Source: an uncultured delta proteobacterium
GTDB taxonomy: Bacteria > Desulfobacterota > Desulfobacteria > Desulfobacterales > B30-G6
Reading direction: 5' to 3'
Assembly (NCBI GenBank): GCA_963823335.1
Contig: CAWGLD010000010.1
Coordinates: forward strand, 1-60,852
Length of the DNA stretch: 60,852 nt
A program made the translations under genes and the position numbers. Position 1 is the stretch's first letter. Each line of letters opens with the position of its first letter. The notes beneath the pieces were generated by a model that did not search any database, had not been told where the DNA came from, and saw nothing but the letters and a program-made list of their open reading frames with translations. Shown one piece after another: positions 9,392-18,843 of the stretch.

Positions 9392-10215
9392 CCAGCCAGG
9401 TAGAGATCAAGAACATGGCCCTGTTTTGCGATTTCGAGAATATCGCTCTGGGGGTAAAGGACGCCAAGTATGCCAAGTTTGACATCCAGAAAGTGCTCGA
9501 ACGCTTGTTGCTCAAGGGCAGTATTGCCGTCAAGAAGGCCTACTGCGACTGGGAGCGTTACAAGGAATTCAAGGGGGTCATGCACGAGGCCGCCTTCGAG
9601 TTGATAGAGATTCCCCATGTCCGTCAGTCAGGCAAGAATTCGGCCGATATCCGCATGGTGGTGGATGCTCTGGATCTTTGTTATACCAAGAGCCACGTGG
9701 AGACCTTTGTCATTATCAGCGGGGACTCGGATTTTTCACCTCTGGTGAGCAAACTGCGGGAAAACAACAAGACGGTCATCGGCTGCGGTGTGAAAAACTC
9801 CTCCTCGGACCTGCTGGTGTCCAACTGCGATGAGTTCATATATTACGACGATCTGGTTCGGGAGGAAGAGACCAAAAAGAAAAAGAACATAAAAAAAGCC
9901 GCTAAACCAAGCCCGAGTCTGGCGCCCAAGAAGGGCAGCCATAAAATCGAGGAAGACAAAAAACAGTTGGCTGTTGACCTGATCGTCGAAACCATCGAGG
10001 CGCTCATCGCCGAACGTGGAGAAGCAGACAAAATCTGGGGCTCGATGGTCAAGCAGGCCCTGAAGCGCCGCAAACCCGGTTTTACAGAATCCTATTACGG
10101 TTTTCGGACCTTCAGCCAATTGCTGGAAGACGGTAAACGGCGCGGTCTGCTGGAACTGGAAAGGGATGAACGTTCGGGCGGTTATATTATTCATTTACCG
10201 GTCCACGATGACTGA
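9388..10215 (+). CDS. NYN (LabA/DUF88, PIN-like) ribonuclease with C-terminal OST-HTH/LOTUS domain
   Basis: 'DFEN', 'GKNSADIRMVVDA', 'SGDSDFSPLV', C-terminal 'PGFTESYYGFRTFSQLL'. Confidence 0.9.
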   Translation: MTSQVEIKNMALFCDFENIALGVKDAKYAKFDIQKVLERLLLKGSIAVKKAYCDWERYKEFKGVMHEAAFELIEIPHVRQSGKNSADIRMVVDALDLCYTKSHVETFVIISGDSDFSPLVSKLRENNKTVIGCGVKNSSSDLLVSNCDEFIYYDDLVREEETKKKKNIKKAAKPSPSLAPKKGSHKIEEDKKQLAVDLIVETIEALIAERGEADKIWGSMVKQALKRRKPGFTESYYGFRTFSQLLEDGKRRGLLELERDERSGGYIIHLPVHDD

Positions 10216-10264
10216 TTCGGAGTGAGCACGATATGAAGAATCTGCAAAAGCAGGTGTTAAAAAA

Positions 10265-10480
10265 ATGAGTGGCAGAAATCGATCGGATATTGCCGCGGGA
10301 GCCCGGGTTCAGATCGTTCAGAAACAGGACCAGCGCACCGGGACACTGACGCATGGGATTGTGAAGGATATTCTTACCAAATCTTCCACACATCCGCATG
10401 GCATTAAGGTTCGCCTGACAAGCGGCATCGTGGGGCGGGTAAAAGAAATTCTCTTAGATCCTGATATGTCTCCCAAATAA
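10265..10480 (+). CDS. YwbE/DUF2196 family small protein
   Basis: 'KQDQRTGTLTHGIVKDILTKSSTHPHGIKVRLTSGIVGRV' signature. Confidence 0.9.
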   Translation: MSGRNRSDIAAGARVQIVQKQDQRTGTLTHGIVKDILTKSSTHPHGIKVRLTSGIVGRVKEILLDPDMSPK

Positions 10481-10548
10481 TCCGGGGTTTGCATTTCGGG
10501 CAAGAGATAATCTTCAGTTGGTCCCTTTCTTCAATGTGGATGATACGC

Positions 10549-11598
10549 TTACGGGAGCACATCCTTGAATGCGACACCGTAAATATCCCAGATGGTAATG
10601 AATAGCGCGGCGATGAGCGGCCCGATGATTATCCCCGGCACACCGAACATGAAGATCCCGCCCATGGTGCCGAAAAATATCATCAAATCGTGCATCTGGG
10701 TATCTTTTCCCACCAGTGCGGGTCGCAGGAAATTGTCCAGACTGCCCACGACCAAGGCGCAGAAGACCGACAATCCCGCCGCTTTGTAGTAGTGACCCCC
10801 GCTGGCCAGAATGATGGCCGCCGGGACCCATACCAGAGCGGTTCCGATTCCGGGGATGACGGACAATACGGTCATGATTGTACCCCAGAAAACGGCGCTG
10901 GGGATGCCGACAACCCAGAAGGCAAGACCCGAAAGCCCTCCCTGCAAAACACCGATTACGGCGCTTCCCTTGAGTGTGGCACGCGAAACCGATGTAAACC
11001 GCGCAAGCAACAGCTGTTCGTCGTGATCTTCCAAGGGCAGGTAATGGAGTATCTTTTCGACCAGTCGTTCACCATCCATCAGAAAAAAGAACATGCTGTA
11101 CAGGAAAACAAAGAACATGAACAAAAAGTTGATGGTGCCGAATGTCAGGGACGAAAAACGGCTGAGCAACAGCTTGCTCATACTGCCGACGGCTTGTCCG
11201 GCTTTTTGAAAAATAATATTCCGGTAGGGTTCGATATGTTCCACCAGCGGCAGGCCCTTTATTGCACGCAGGATCGCATCGGGCTCTGCAATCTGTTTTT
11301 CCACCCAGGGCTTGGCGTTCTCGGCCACCTTTATGGCCTGGCCTGTAACGATGCCGAGCAGTCCGCCCAAGGGGAGCAGGATGACAACCACGATCAGCAG
11401 GAGGGTAGTGACGGACGCGAGACTGCGCCGGCCCTTGAACCATTTGACAAACTTCCCGTACAAGGGTTTGGCCAAGGCCGAAAATATTCCGGACAGGAAA
11501 ATTACCATTAGAAAGCTGCGGATCATAGATAAGAAGAGAACTGAGAAAAAGACCACCAGTAGCAGCAGCACGATGGTGCTGATCGTTTCCTTTTTCAT
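10549..11598 (-). CDS. AI-2E family transporter
   Basis: Multi-TM; 'FFFLMDG', 'IPGIGTALVWVP', 'DNFLRP', 'G..GIIIGP'. Confidence 0.9.
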   Translation of the reverse strand: MKKETISTIVLLLLVVFFSVLFLSMIRSFLMVIFLSGIFSALAKPLYGKFVKWFKGRRSLASVTTLLLIVVVILLPLGGLLGIVTGQAIKVAENAKPWVEKQIAEPDAILRAIKGLPLVEHIEPYRNIIFQKAGQAVGSMSKLLLSRFSSLTFGTINFLFMFFVFLYSMFFFLMDGERLVEKILHYLPLEDHDEQLLLARFTSVSRATLKGSAVIGVLQGGLSGLAFWVVGIPSAVFWGTIMTVLSVIPGIGTALVWVPAAIILASGGHYYKAAGLSVFCALVVGSLDNFLRPALVGKDTQMHDLMIFFGTMGGIFMFGVPGIIIGPLIAALFITIWDIYGVAFKDVLP

Positions 11599-11640
11599 TT
11601 GAGGGCACCTTGTTTTATCAGACCATGTCTATAAACCATA

Positions 11641-11814
11641 TTAGAAGCTATCTCAAAAAAGTTTTTTGACCCAATTCCTGTGTTGGTCCCTTGCTTCAAC
11701 TCCTCGGAATACTTCAGTATGCACCCCAAGGGCATTTCCTGCGGGCACCTGCGGGTTGAAGTTCGGGCCCGCCTTGAACTTGAGCCAAAACCTTTTTTTT
11801 GAGATGGCTTCTAA
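11641..11814. mobile_element. MITE, 174 bp, copy 1
   Basis: TIRs TTAGAAGCTATCTCAAAAAA / TTTTTTGAGATGGCTTCTAA; near-identical copy at 50408-50581. Confidence 0.85.
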
Positions 11815-11929
11815 ATAAATTAATCTTTTGGTCCGAATCCTGTTTTTGAGTTGAGTGCTAATAAATCCATCACGTTAAAGGCCAGCTACGATATGACGGG
11901 GAATGCGCTCGCTGTTGCGGTTCCGGGCG

Positions 11930-12427
11930 TCAGGGTGCCTGCACAAACAGACCTTTTTGGTCTTCAAATGCATAAAGCTTGTCTATCATGAACGCAACAT
12001 ACTTTTCGCATTTTTCCTTCCAGACACCCGATTCCTGAAACTTCTGGTATTCACCGGGTTTGGAGAAGTCCATTCCGATAAGCCCCCGGCAGGTGATGTC
12101 TCCGAACTTGCGGTTGAATTCCGTGACGATATTGGCCGAAAAGGCGCGGATGGCATGACGGGCCTGTTTGGCTTGCTCTTTATCGCTCAGCGGGCAGCGG
12201 TGCCGAAATCCGAGACATACAGCCGAGGCCGACACCACACCGCAAGGCGCGTTCTGATAACCGCCGATACCTCCCAGAAAGGGGATACCCGCCCATAGAA
12301 AATCTTCATTTTCCAGATCATATGCCTCCCACATAACTTGCAGGATGGAAGGTCCTCAGTGATATCCCCGGTACATGAGTTCCAATGCACGCTTTTTGGC
12401 CGCTTCGACTGTCAATTTCATTTCCAT
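11930..12427 (-). CDS. C_GCAxxG_C_C family putative redox protein; probable selenoprotein (UGA at 12356-12358)
   Basis: Reads MEMKLTVEAAKKRALELMYRGYH-TGA-GPSILQVMWEAY... in frame with ORF 11930-12334; the TGA sits at the family's first Cys; 'GGIGG...CG', 'FG.ITC..L' and late Cys follow; GGAG RBS. Confidence 0.8.
12325..12352 (-). promoter_or_regulatory. Putative bacterial SECIS hairpin
   Basis: Directly 3' of the UGA: CCUUCCA...UGGGAGG stem, with a possible upper stem and small G-containing loop about 15 nt from the UGA. Confidence 0.5.
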
Positions 12428-12570
12428 GCCTGTCTTCTCCCCGATAAAATGGTTGGTAGAGAGCTTGTCATACTACTGATCTGATCATTAAATAAAATTC
12501 TATCTCACCAACATGCTGTTAAAGCAACCAAATAGAATAAATATGGATTTTTTGTACGGATCCATGATAT

Positions 12571-13779
12571 TTGTTTTGCATGATGGCTAAAAGCCCCCGA
12601 ACCTTCATCCTGATTGCCTGCGCCTGTGCCATTTTCTGGCCGGGCGCGTTTATTTTCGGTCTTCCCGGTGTTCTGCGCCAGCATTGGCAACAGACATTCG
12701 ATGCTGACGGCGGCGCGGTAGGCGGGACAATCTTTTTTATCCTCACCGGGGCCACCTGTTTTATGTACCTGTGCGGACGTTTGCAGGAAAAATACAACCC
12801 GGGGTGGCTGGCTGCCATCGGTTCGGTCATGTGCGGCAGCAGCGCTATCTGGCTGAGTCAGGCTGGGAGTATGCTCGAAGTCAATATCTGGGCGTTCTCC
12901 GCCGGGGCTTCCTCGGCTTTTATCTATATCCCGGGATTGACGGTGGTTCAGCGCTGGTATCCGGAAAGACGCGGCCTGGTTTCGGGTTTTTTCAGTATGG
13001 CTTTCGGGGTATCGGCGGCGGTCATGTCCCCGATATTTTCGATTCTCTTATTGAAATGGGGTTACGAAGCGTTGACCCTGACTACCGGCTGTATGGCGAT
13101 CTTGATCGGTCTGGCCGCTTCCGTCCTGATCCGGTTTCCGGAGGTCGACCCATCGGCAACGGCCTCCGCGACATCCTCGGCTATAGATGGTCGCTCGGTG
13201 GCGGAGGCCCTGAAGAGCCGGGATTTCTGGTGTCTCTGGCTCACCTGGGTGTTTGCCGGTGCTGCCGGGGCCAGCATGCTGGTACTGGCTACCGGGTTTG
13301 GACTGGCCCGCGGTCTGAATCTTGCTCAGGCCGTTGCCCTGCTCACAGCCTTTAACCTGACCAACGGTTTCGGCAGGTTGATCAGTGGTTATTTATCCGA
13401 TAGAATGGGACGCTCCCTCACAATGGCTATAAGCTTTGTCGGTGCCGGCCTGGCCTATCTGTTCATGCCCCATCTGGCGGGTCTGTGGCTGTGGGCTCTG
13501 CTGGCGGCGGTCATCGGGTTTGCCTTCGGGACCCTGTTTGCGATTTCCGGCCCGCTGACCGGAGACTGTTTCGGCATGGCGCACTTCGGGTCCATCTTCG
13601 GGTTGGTTTTTACGGCCTACGGTTTCGTGTCCGGGCCCCTTGGCCCATGGCTGACCGGCCATATCCTGGATGTCACCCAGGACAACTACACCCTGGTCTT
13701 CTCCTATCTGGGTTTGATGTTTATGGTGGCGGCCGGGCTTATCCTGCTGGTTCGACCGTGGCGGGAATGTCGAATGTAA
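12571..13779 (+). CDS. MFS transporter (OFA/oxalate:formate antiporter-like)
   Basis: About 12 TM helices; 'RWYPERRGLVSG', 'NGFGRLISGYLSDRMGR', 'FG..HFGSIFG'; start may be a few codons later. Confidence 0.88.
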   Translation: MFCMMAKSPRTFILIACACAIFWPGAFIFGLPGVLRQHWQQTFDADGGAVGGTIFFILTGATCFMYLCGRLQEKYNPGWLAAIGSVMCGSSAIWLSQAGSMLEVNIWAFSAGASSAFIYIPGLTVVQRWYPERRGLVSGFFSMAFGVSAAVMSPIFSILLLKWGYEALTLTTGCMAILIGLAASVLIRFPEVDPSATASATSSAIDGRSVAEALKSRDFWCLWLTWVFAGAAGASMLVLATGFGLARGLNLAQAVALLTAFNLTNGFGRLISGYLSDRMGRSLTMAISFVGAGLAYLFMPHLAGLWLWALLAAVIGFAFGTLFAISGPLTGDCFGMAHFGSIFGLVFTAYGFVSGPLGPWLTGHILDVTQDNYTLVFSYLGLMFMVAAGLILLVRPWRECRM

Positions 13780-13806
13780 TAAAGATAACAAAATGGAGGA
13801 AAACAA

Positions 13807-14418
13807 ATGGCCTGCAAGCTGTCACAAGAAACCATATCAAATGTCATCAAATTCCATGGCCATTCCTGCCCGGGCCTGAGAATCGGGATAAGGGCCTCGG
13901 AACTGGTCCGGCGGGAACTTGGCGATCTGCCGGATGCGCGACTGGTCTGTATTGCCGAAACAGACATGTGCGGGGTGGATGCCGTGCAATACCTGACCGG
14001 TTGCACCTACGGCAAAGGGAATCTGGTTCACAGGGATTACGGCAAGACGGCTTTCACCTTCTTCGATCGCGAAACAGGGCGGGGTTTCCGATGCCTGCTC
14101 AGCTCCGGGGCGCGGGGGGACATGGCCGGGGAGATGTCTTCTTTGCAACAAAAGACAGCCTCCGGAGAGGCCAATGAAGCGGAACAGGCACGTTTCAAGG
14201 AGCTCAGACGGCAAATGGAAGAGCGGCTCATGGTTTCCGATCTGGACCAGCTTTTCGAAGTCATGGAACCGAATGTGGCCATGCCCAGGAACGCACGCAT
14301 TCTGGCCAGTCTCGTCTGTGAAGCATGTGGCGAGGAGACAATGGAATCACGTACCCGACGTTTTGCCGGCAAGACACTCTGCCAGCCCTGCTTCAACAAA
14401 GTGGAGCAAAAGGTTTGA
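13807..14418 (+). CDS. FmdE (formylmethanofuran dehydrogenase subunit E) family protein with C-terminal Zn finger
   Basis: 'FHGHSCPGL.IG', 'CGVDAVQ..TGCTYGKGNL', 'CEACGE...CQPC'. Confidence 0.9.
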   Translation: MACKLSQETISNVIKFHGHSCPGLRIGIRASELVRRELGDLPDARLVCIAETDMCGVDAVQYLTGCTYGKGNLVHRDYGKTAFTFFDRETGRGFRCLLSSGARGDMAGEMSSLQQKTASGEANEAEQARFKELRRQMEERLMVSDLDQLFEVMEPNVAMPRNARILASLVCEACGEETMESRTRRFAGKTLCQPCFNKVEQKV

Positions 14419-14431
14419 TTTCTAACTTGCC

Positions 14432-16021
14432 ATGAACTTCAAAAAAAAATTTTTCCTGGCGCTGCTCAGTGGTCTGCTGTTGGGAATGCCCTGGTCTGAC
14501 TCAGATCTGTTCTGGCTTGTTTTTCTTGCCTGGGTGCCGCTTCTGGTGTTGGAAGAGGACCTTCGACACCACCCAAACCCTTACACCGTATTCAACTATG
14601 CCTTTGTCAGTTTTCTGTTGTGGAATGTCCTGGGAACCTGGTGGATTACGCAGGTCCAGTTTGTGGGAGCCCTTCTTATTATTCTCGCAAACGCGCTGCT
14701 ACAGGCGCTTGCTTTCTGGCTGGCAAGCCGTATTCGGACAATCCTGGGTATTTCATTGTTGTTTCCTTTTCTGTTTATCTGGATGGGGTACGAGCACCTG
14801 CATCTATCCTGGGATCTGGCCTGGCCCTGGCTGAATCTGGGCAATGCTCTGGCCACGGCACCGAAACTCATCCAATGGTTCGAATACACAGGTGTTCGTG
14901 GTGGGACCCTCTGGATCATCCTGATCAACGTTGCGCTCCTGCGGATGTTTTCTTTATATCGGAAAAGAGGATCGGGTTCGATGGTTCTTGTCGGCGCAAC
15001 AACACTGCTGCTCTTTCTTATGCCCATCTTTGGGTCCTATCTTATTTACCAGAGTATTGAAGAAGAAGGCGAAACCGTAAACATAGCCCTGATTCAGCCC
15101 AATCTGGACCCCTATACGGAAAAATTTGATCCGCAAATACATGCCCAGCACGTGGCAGAATTTTTCAGGACCGCGCATACGCTTGTGGATGGTGACACCC
15201 GGTATCTGTTTGGCCCTGAAACCCTTATTATAGAACAGATCGATGAGAGAAACCCCACGGATTCCATTTATTACCGGGAGTTGCTGGTGTTCCGGGAAAG
15301 GTACCCCAAACTGAATATTCTCCTGGGTGTTCACAGCTACCAGAAACTCGGCAACAAAGGATTGCCTCCGGGAAGTCGTTTTAACCACGAAAAGAACTTT
15401 TACTATGAGCCTTTTAACACGGCACTTTTTTTACCGGCAGGGGCAGTGTCCGCACCCCAGTTTTATCATAAAACCAGACTGGTGCCACTGTTCGAGCGCA
15501 TGCCCTTTGTGCAGTATCTGGGCTTTCTGGGAAAATACTCTCTGGAGCTTGGTGGATACACGGGCACCTACAGCCCTCGTCAGGAGAGCACGACGTTTGT
15601 GTTGCCTGACGAATCCTTAAGCATATTGCCGATTATCTGCTTTGAATCCATCTTCGGCCCCTACTGCTCCCGGTACTTGTCGGAAGAAAAGGGATTTATC
15701 TGTATGATAACCAACGATGGGTGGTGGAAAAATACACCGGGTTATCAGCATCACTTCAATTTCAGCCCGGTACGTGCCATTGAAAACCGGCGTGATTTTG
15801 TACGTGTTGCCAACACAGGCATTTCTGCTATTATAAATGCCAAAGGCGTGGTTGTGGCCAGGACGCCCTGGTGGGAAAAAGCGACCTTAAAGGGAGAGAT
15901 TCATCTGCGCCGGGGACGGACCTTTTTTTCCCGGCATGGCGATTATCTGGGTCTATTGTCGGTGCTATTGAGTGGATTTCTGGGTATATTTGCGGGGCGT
16001 CGAATGTTTTTAAAAATATAG
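14432..16021 (+). CDS. lnt: Apolipoprotein N-acyltransferase
   Basis: N-terminal TMs; 'WPWLNLGN', 'QPN'; nitrilase triad E (GPET), K (YHKTRLVP), C (ICFES); 'TNDGWW', 'RAIENRR', 'NTGIS'. Confidence 0.92.
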   Translation: MNFKKKFFLALLSGLLLGMPWSDSDLFWLVFLAWVPLLVLEEDLRHHPNPYTVFNYAFVSFLLWNVLGTWWITQVQFVGALLIILANALLQALAFWLASRIRTILGISLLFPFLFIWMGYEHLHLSWDLAWPWLNLGNALATAPKLIQWFEYTGVRGGTLWIILINVALLRMFSLYRKRGSGSMVLVGATTLLLFLMPIFGSYLIYQSIEEEGETVNIALIQPNLDPYTEKFDPQIHAQHVAEFFRTAHTLVDGDTRYLFGPETLIIEQIDERNPTDSIYYRELLVFRERYPKLNILLGVHSYQKLGNKGLPPGSRFNHEKNFYYEPFNTALFLPAGAVSAPQFYHKTRLVPLFERMPFVQYLGFLGKYSLELGGYTGTYSPRQESTTFVLPDESLSILPIICFESIFGPYCSRYLSEEKGFICMITNDGWWKNTPGYQHHFNFSPVRAIENRRDFVRVANTGISAIINAKGVVVARTPWWEKATLKGEIHLRRGRTFFSRHGDYLGLLSVLLSGFLGIFAGRRMFLKI

Positions 16022-16203
16022 AACCCATCTCAAAAACAGGATTTCGTTCCCCCGCAAAAAGCGCGGGATCTACGTCAAATCAAGGCAATCTCAAGTTTCA
16101 ACCCGCAGGCGCCCGAAGGAAGTGCCCTTGGGATGAATACGTTTGTATTTTGACGAGTTGAAACGAGGGAGCAACACAGAGATTGGGACAAAAGACATTT
16201 TTA
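16019..16203. repeat. Diverged, inverted member of the 174-bp MITE family
   Basis: Left end TAGAACCCATCTCAAAAA; contains the reverse complement of the CCCAAGGGCACTTCC..CGGGCGCCTGCGG core; right end degraded. Confidence 0.7.
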
Positions 16204-16272
16204 TTCTGTATCGAAAACATGGTTCTCTGGGCCAGGTCAGTGGCAGTTGGCTATGCCGATGACGATAATTGT

Positions 16273-16378
16273 ATATAGGGGTTGTCAGAAAAACGTTCCG
16301 ATTGAGGACCTTTTTTCTGCTACAACCCCTTATGCCGCCATCCTATTTTCGGAACATTATTATGACAAGCGGTATAAA
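16273..16378. repeat. 106-bp repeat (MITE-like), copy 1
   Basis: Matches 54412-54517 with one mismatch; imperfect TIRs TATAGGGGTTGTCAGAA / TTATGACAAGCGGTATA. Confidence 0.85.
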
Positions 16379-16620
16379 TCCGAAGCACGAAATTCTAAAC
16401 AATACCCAAGGACCCAAATTGGAATGATCAAAACAAACACGTATAACCTTCAAGCCCATGGACAATGTTTGGGTCATTTGAGAATTTGATATTCGAATTT
16501 AGAATTTGTTACAACCGAATACGATCCAAAAATCCCTTTCAGGGTTTTATCCGTGCCGGGCTCTTTGGACCCGGGTATCTACTGTGGATCATCAGGAGAC
16601 ATTTGTTCGTGGAAGTGACG

Positions 16621-17653
16621 ATGTTCATATTGATTTTTTCCGGAGCAGCTCTCTTAACGGCTCTGGTCCTTTTACGTTTGCGGCGCAGGAAAAGGCTGGG
16701 TGAAAAACTGGGCATCAGGGGTCGCGAAGACGCACTGGAACGTATCTCCCTGCTGCGGAACCAGTTTCCCGCTCCTGCGGACCAGCAGGCCTGTGACCGG
16801 ATCGAATCGGAAGTGAGGACTGTGAGTCGTCATTTTTCCATGAGTACGTCCATTGCTCCCAAAAAAGATCTACACCCTGGCCGCGGAACTTACCAGGGAG
16901 ATCGCCGGCATTTATTATCCTGCTGTCGATAACCCGGTGTTGCAGGCTTCGATTTCCGATCTGCTGAGCTTAAATGAACGCATCGTCACACGACTCAATC
17001 TTAAAGTTCAGGAGTTTCCTCTTCGCACCGTCAAGGACATCAGCATTCAGAAAATCCTGCAGGGCAAAGACTATTACGATTCGAAAATAAAAGACAAGAT
17101 CGAATGGTTTAAAAAATACAAGACCCTCTACAAGATCGGGAGTCATGCATGGCTGAGCTACAATGCCTTGAATCCGTGGTACTGGGGCAGAAAAATAGCA
17201 TACACGTCGGCCAGGGAAATTACCTTCCGTTATCTCTTGACCTGGATCATCACCATCGTAGGGGAGGAGGCCATGGCGGTTTACAGCAGGCGGGACATCA
17301 ACACCCCTGAGGTCGCATTTGAAAGGGATCTGGCCTTTGCCATGGTGGACATGGCGCGCACGCATGAGGACATTTCAAAGGCAGCCCATGCAATGGTTCT
17401 GGAGCATGTGCTTAACAAGGCCCGGCTCAGTGACGGGTTGCGGGTGACTGTCCTCAGGGCGCTTACCGTAAATGGGCCCAAGGACATGTTTGTTCCCAAA
17501 GGCGTGTACACGGAAAGTCAGAAAAAGAGACTGCTGGAGAACGTCAACCGTGTGGCTGCCGCCGGCGGGGAGTTGAGCCCGGAAAACCGATCAAGACTCG
17601 AGGCCCTCGCAAGAGCGCTCGATACCGGATCAAACAAGGACACACGCGTGTGA
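16621..17653 (+). pseudogene. Membrane-anchored hypothetical protein split by a +1 frameshift in an A6 run (16861-16866)
   Basis: ATG 16621 starts a TM anchor plus basic stretch; ...SIAPKK in one frame continues as PKKIYTLAAEL... in the next; removing one A fuses them. Confidence 0.6.
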
Positions 17654-17667
17654 TAACGGAGGCAAGA

Positions 17668-18819
17668 ATGACAAACGGACTCTATTTCAACAAAGAACAT
17701 GAGATGATCAGAAAAGCCTTACGTGATTTCGTGAACAAGGAGATCAATCCCCATGTGGAAACATGGGAGGAACAGAAGATCGCACCCCTCCACGACCTTT
17801 TTAAGAAAATGGGGGATCTCGGATTCCTGGGAATTCGCTTTGACCCCAAATACGGTGGGCAAGGACTCGACTACTGGCACGATCTCGTATTTGCAGAAGA
17901 AATGGGTAACATCCATGCGGCGGGAATATCCATGGCCATTACCGTTCAAACACACATGGCAACCCCTGCCATCGCTCAGTTCGGCAGCGAATATCTCAAG
18001 GAGACCTATCTGACCAGGGCGATATCGGGAGAGATGGTCAGCGCTATAGCGGTCACGGAACCCGGTGCGGGTTCCGATGTCAGCGCACTGGCGACCACCG
18101 CCGTCAAGCAGGGTGATCATTACCTTCTCAACGGCTCCAAGACCTATATCACCAATGGGACCCAGGCCGATTTTCTGACCCTCCTGGCCAGAACCAGCGA
18201 CGACCCCGGCTATCACTCCTTCAGCCTTTTTGTTGTACCCACGAACCTGCCCGGATTTTCCGTCAGCAGGAAACTGGACAAACTGGGTATGCACGCCAGC
18301 GATACCGCAGAACTGTTTTTCGACGACATGAAGATCCCGGCGGAAAACCTGATAGGTAAAGAGGGGGAAGGTTTTATCTACCAGATGGGCCAATTTCAAC
18401 ATGAACGGTTTGTAACGCTTCCCCTGGTCTACGTCAGCTCAAAACAAATCATCGACATGACCCTGGAGCACCTGAGAAGCCGGATCGTTTTCGGGAAGCC
18501 CTTGATCAAAAGACAGGTGCTCCGATACCGGCTGGCCGACTGGCTGACGGAAATAGAATGCCTGAAACGCCTGACCTACCATATCGTCAATATGAAAGTG
18601 GCCGGTTTGGATGTGACCAAAGAGGTTTCCATGGGCAAACTGATGGCCGGCAGGCTGGGGCACAAGGTGGCGGACGGATGCCTGCAGATGTACGGTGGCC
18701 TGGGATACATGGCGGAAATGCCTATATCGCGCGCCTTCAGGGACTCACGCCTGGCATCCATCGGCGGTGGCGCCGATGAAGTCATGCAAGAAATTATCGC
18801 CAGAATGGAAGGCTTTTGA
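17668..18819 (+). CDS. Acyl-CoA dehydrogenase (AtuD/long-chain-like)
   Basis: 'IAVTEPGAGSDV', 'NGSKTYITNG', 'KLG...SDTAELFF', 'CLQMYGGLGY', 'IGGGADE'. Confidence 0.93.
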   Translation: MTNGLYFNKEHEMIRKALRDFVNKEINPHVETWEEQKIAPLHDLFKKMGDLGFLGIRFDPKYGGQGLDYWHDLVFAEEMGNIHAAGISMAITVQTHMATPAIAQFGSEYLKETYLTRAISGEMVSAIAVTEPGAGSDVSALATTAVKQGDHYLLNGSKTYITNGTQADFLTLLARTSDDPGYHSFSLFVVPTNLPGFSVSRKLDKLGMHASDTAELFFDDMKIPAENLIGKEGEGFIYQMGQFQHERFVTLPLVYVSSKQIIDMTLEHLRSRIVFGKPLIKRQVLRYRLADWLTEIECLKRLTYHIVNMKVAGLDVTKEVSMGKLMAGRLGHKVADGCLQMYGGLGYMAEMPISRAFRDSRLASIGGGADEVMQEIIARMEGF

Positions 18820-18843
18820 TTCTGGCCTTATTAACGTGTGGTA

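Noticed and set aside
16247-16620. ORFs 16247-16489 and the 5' part of 16465-16932
   Set aside because: They translate repeat elements; the real start is likely 16621
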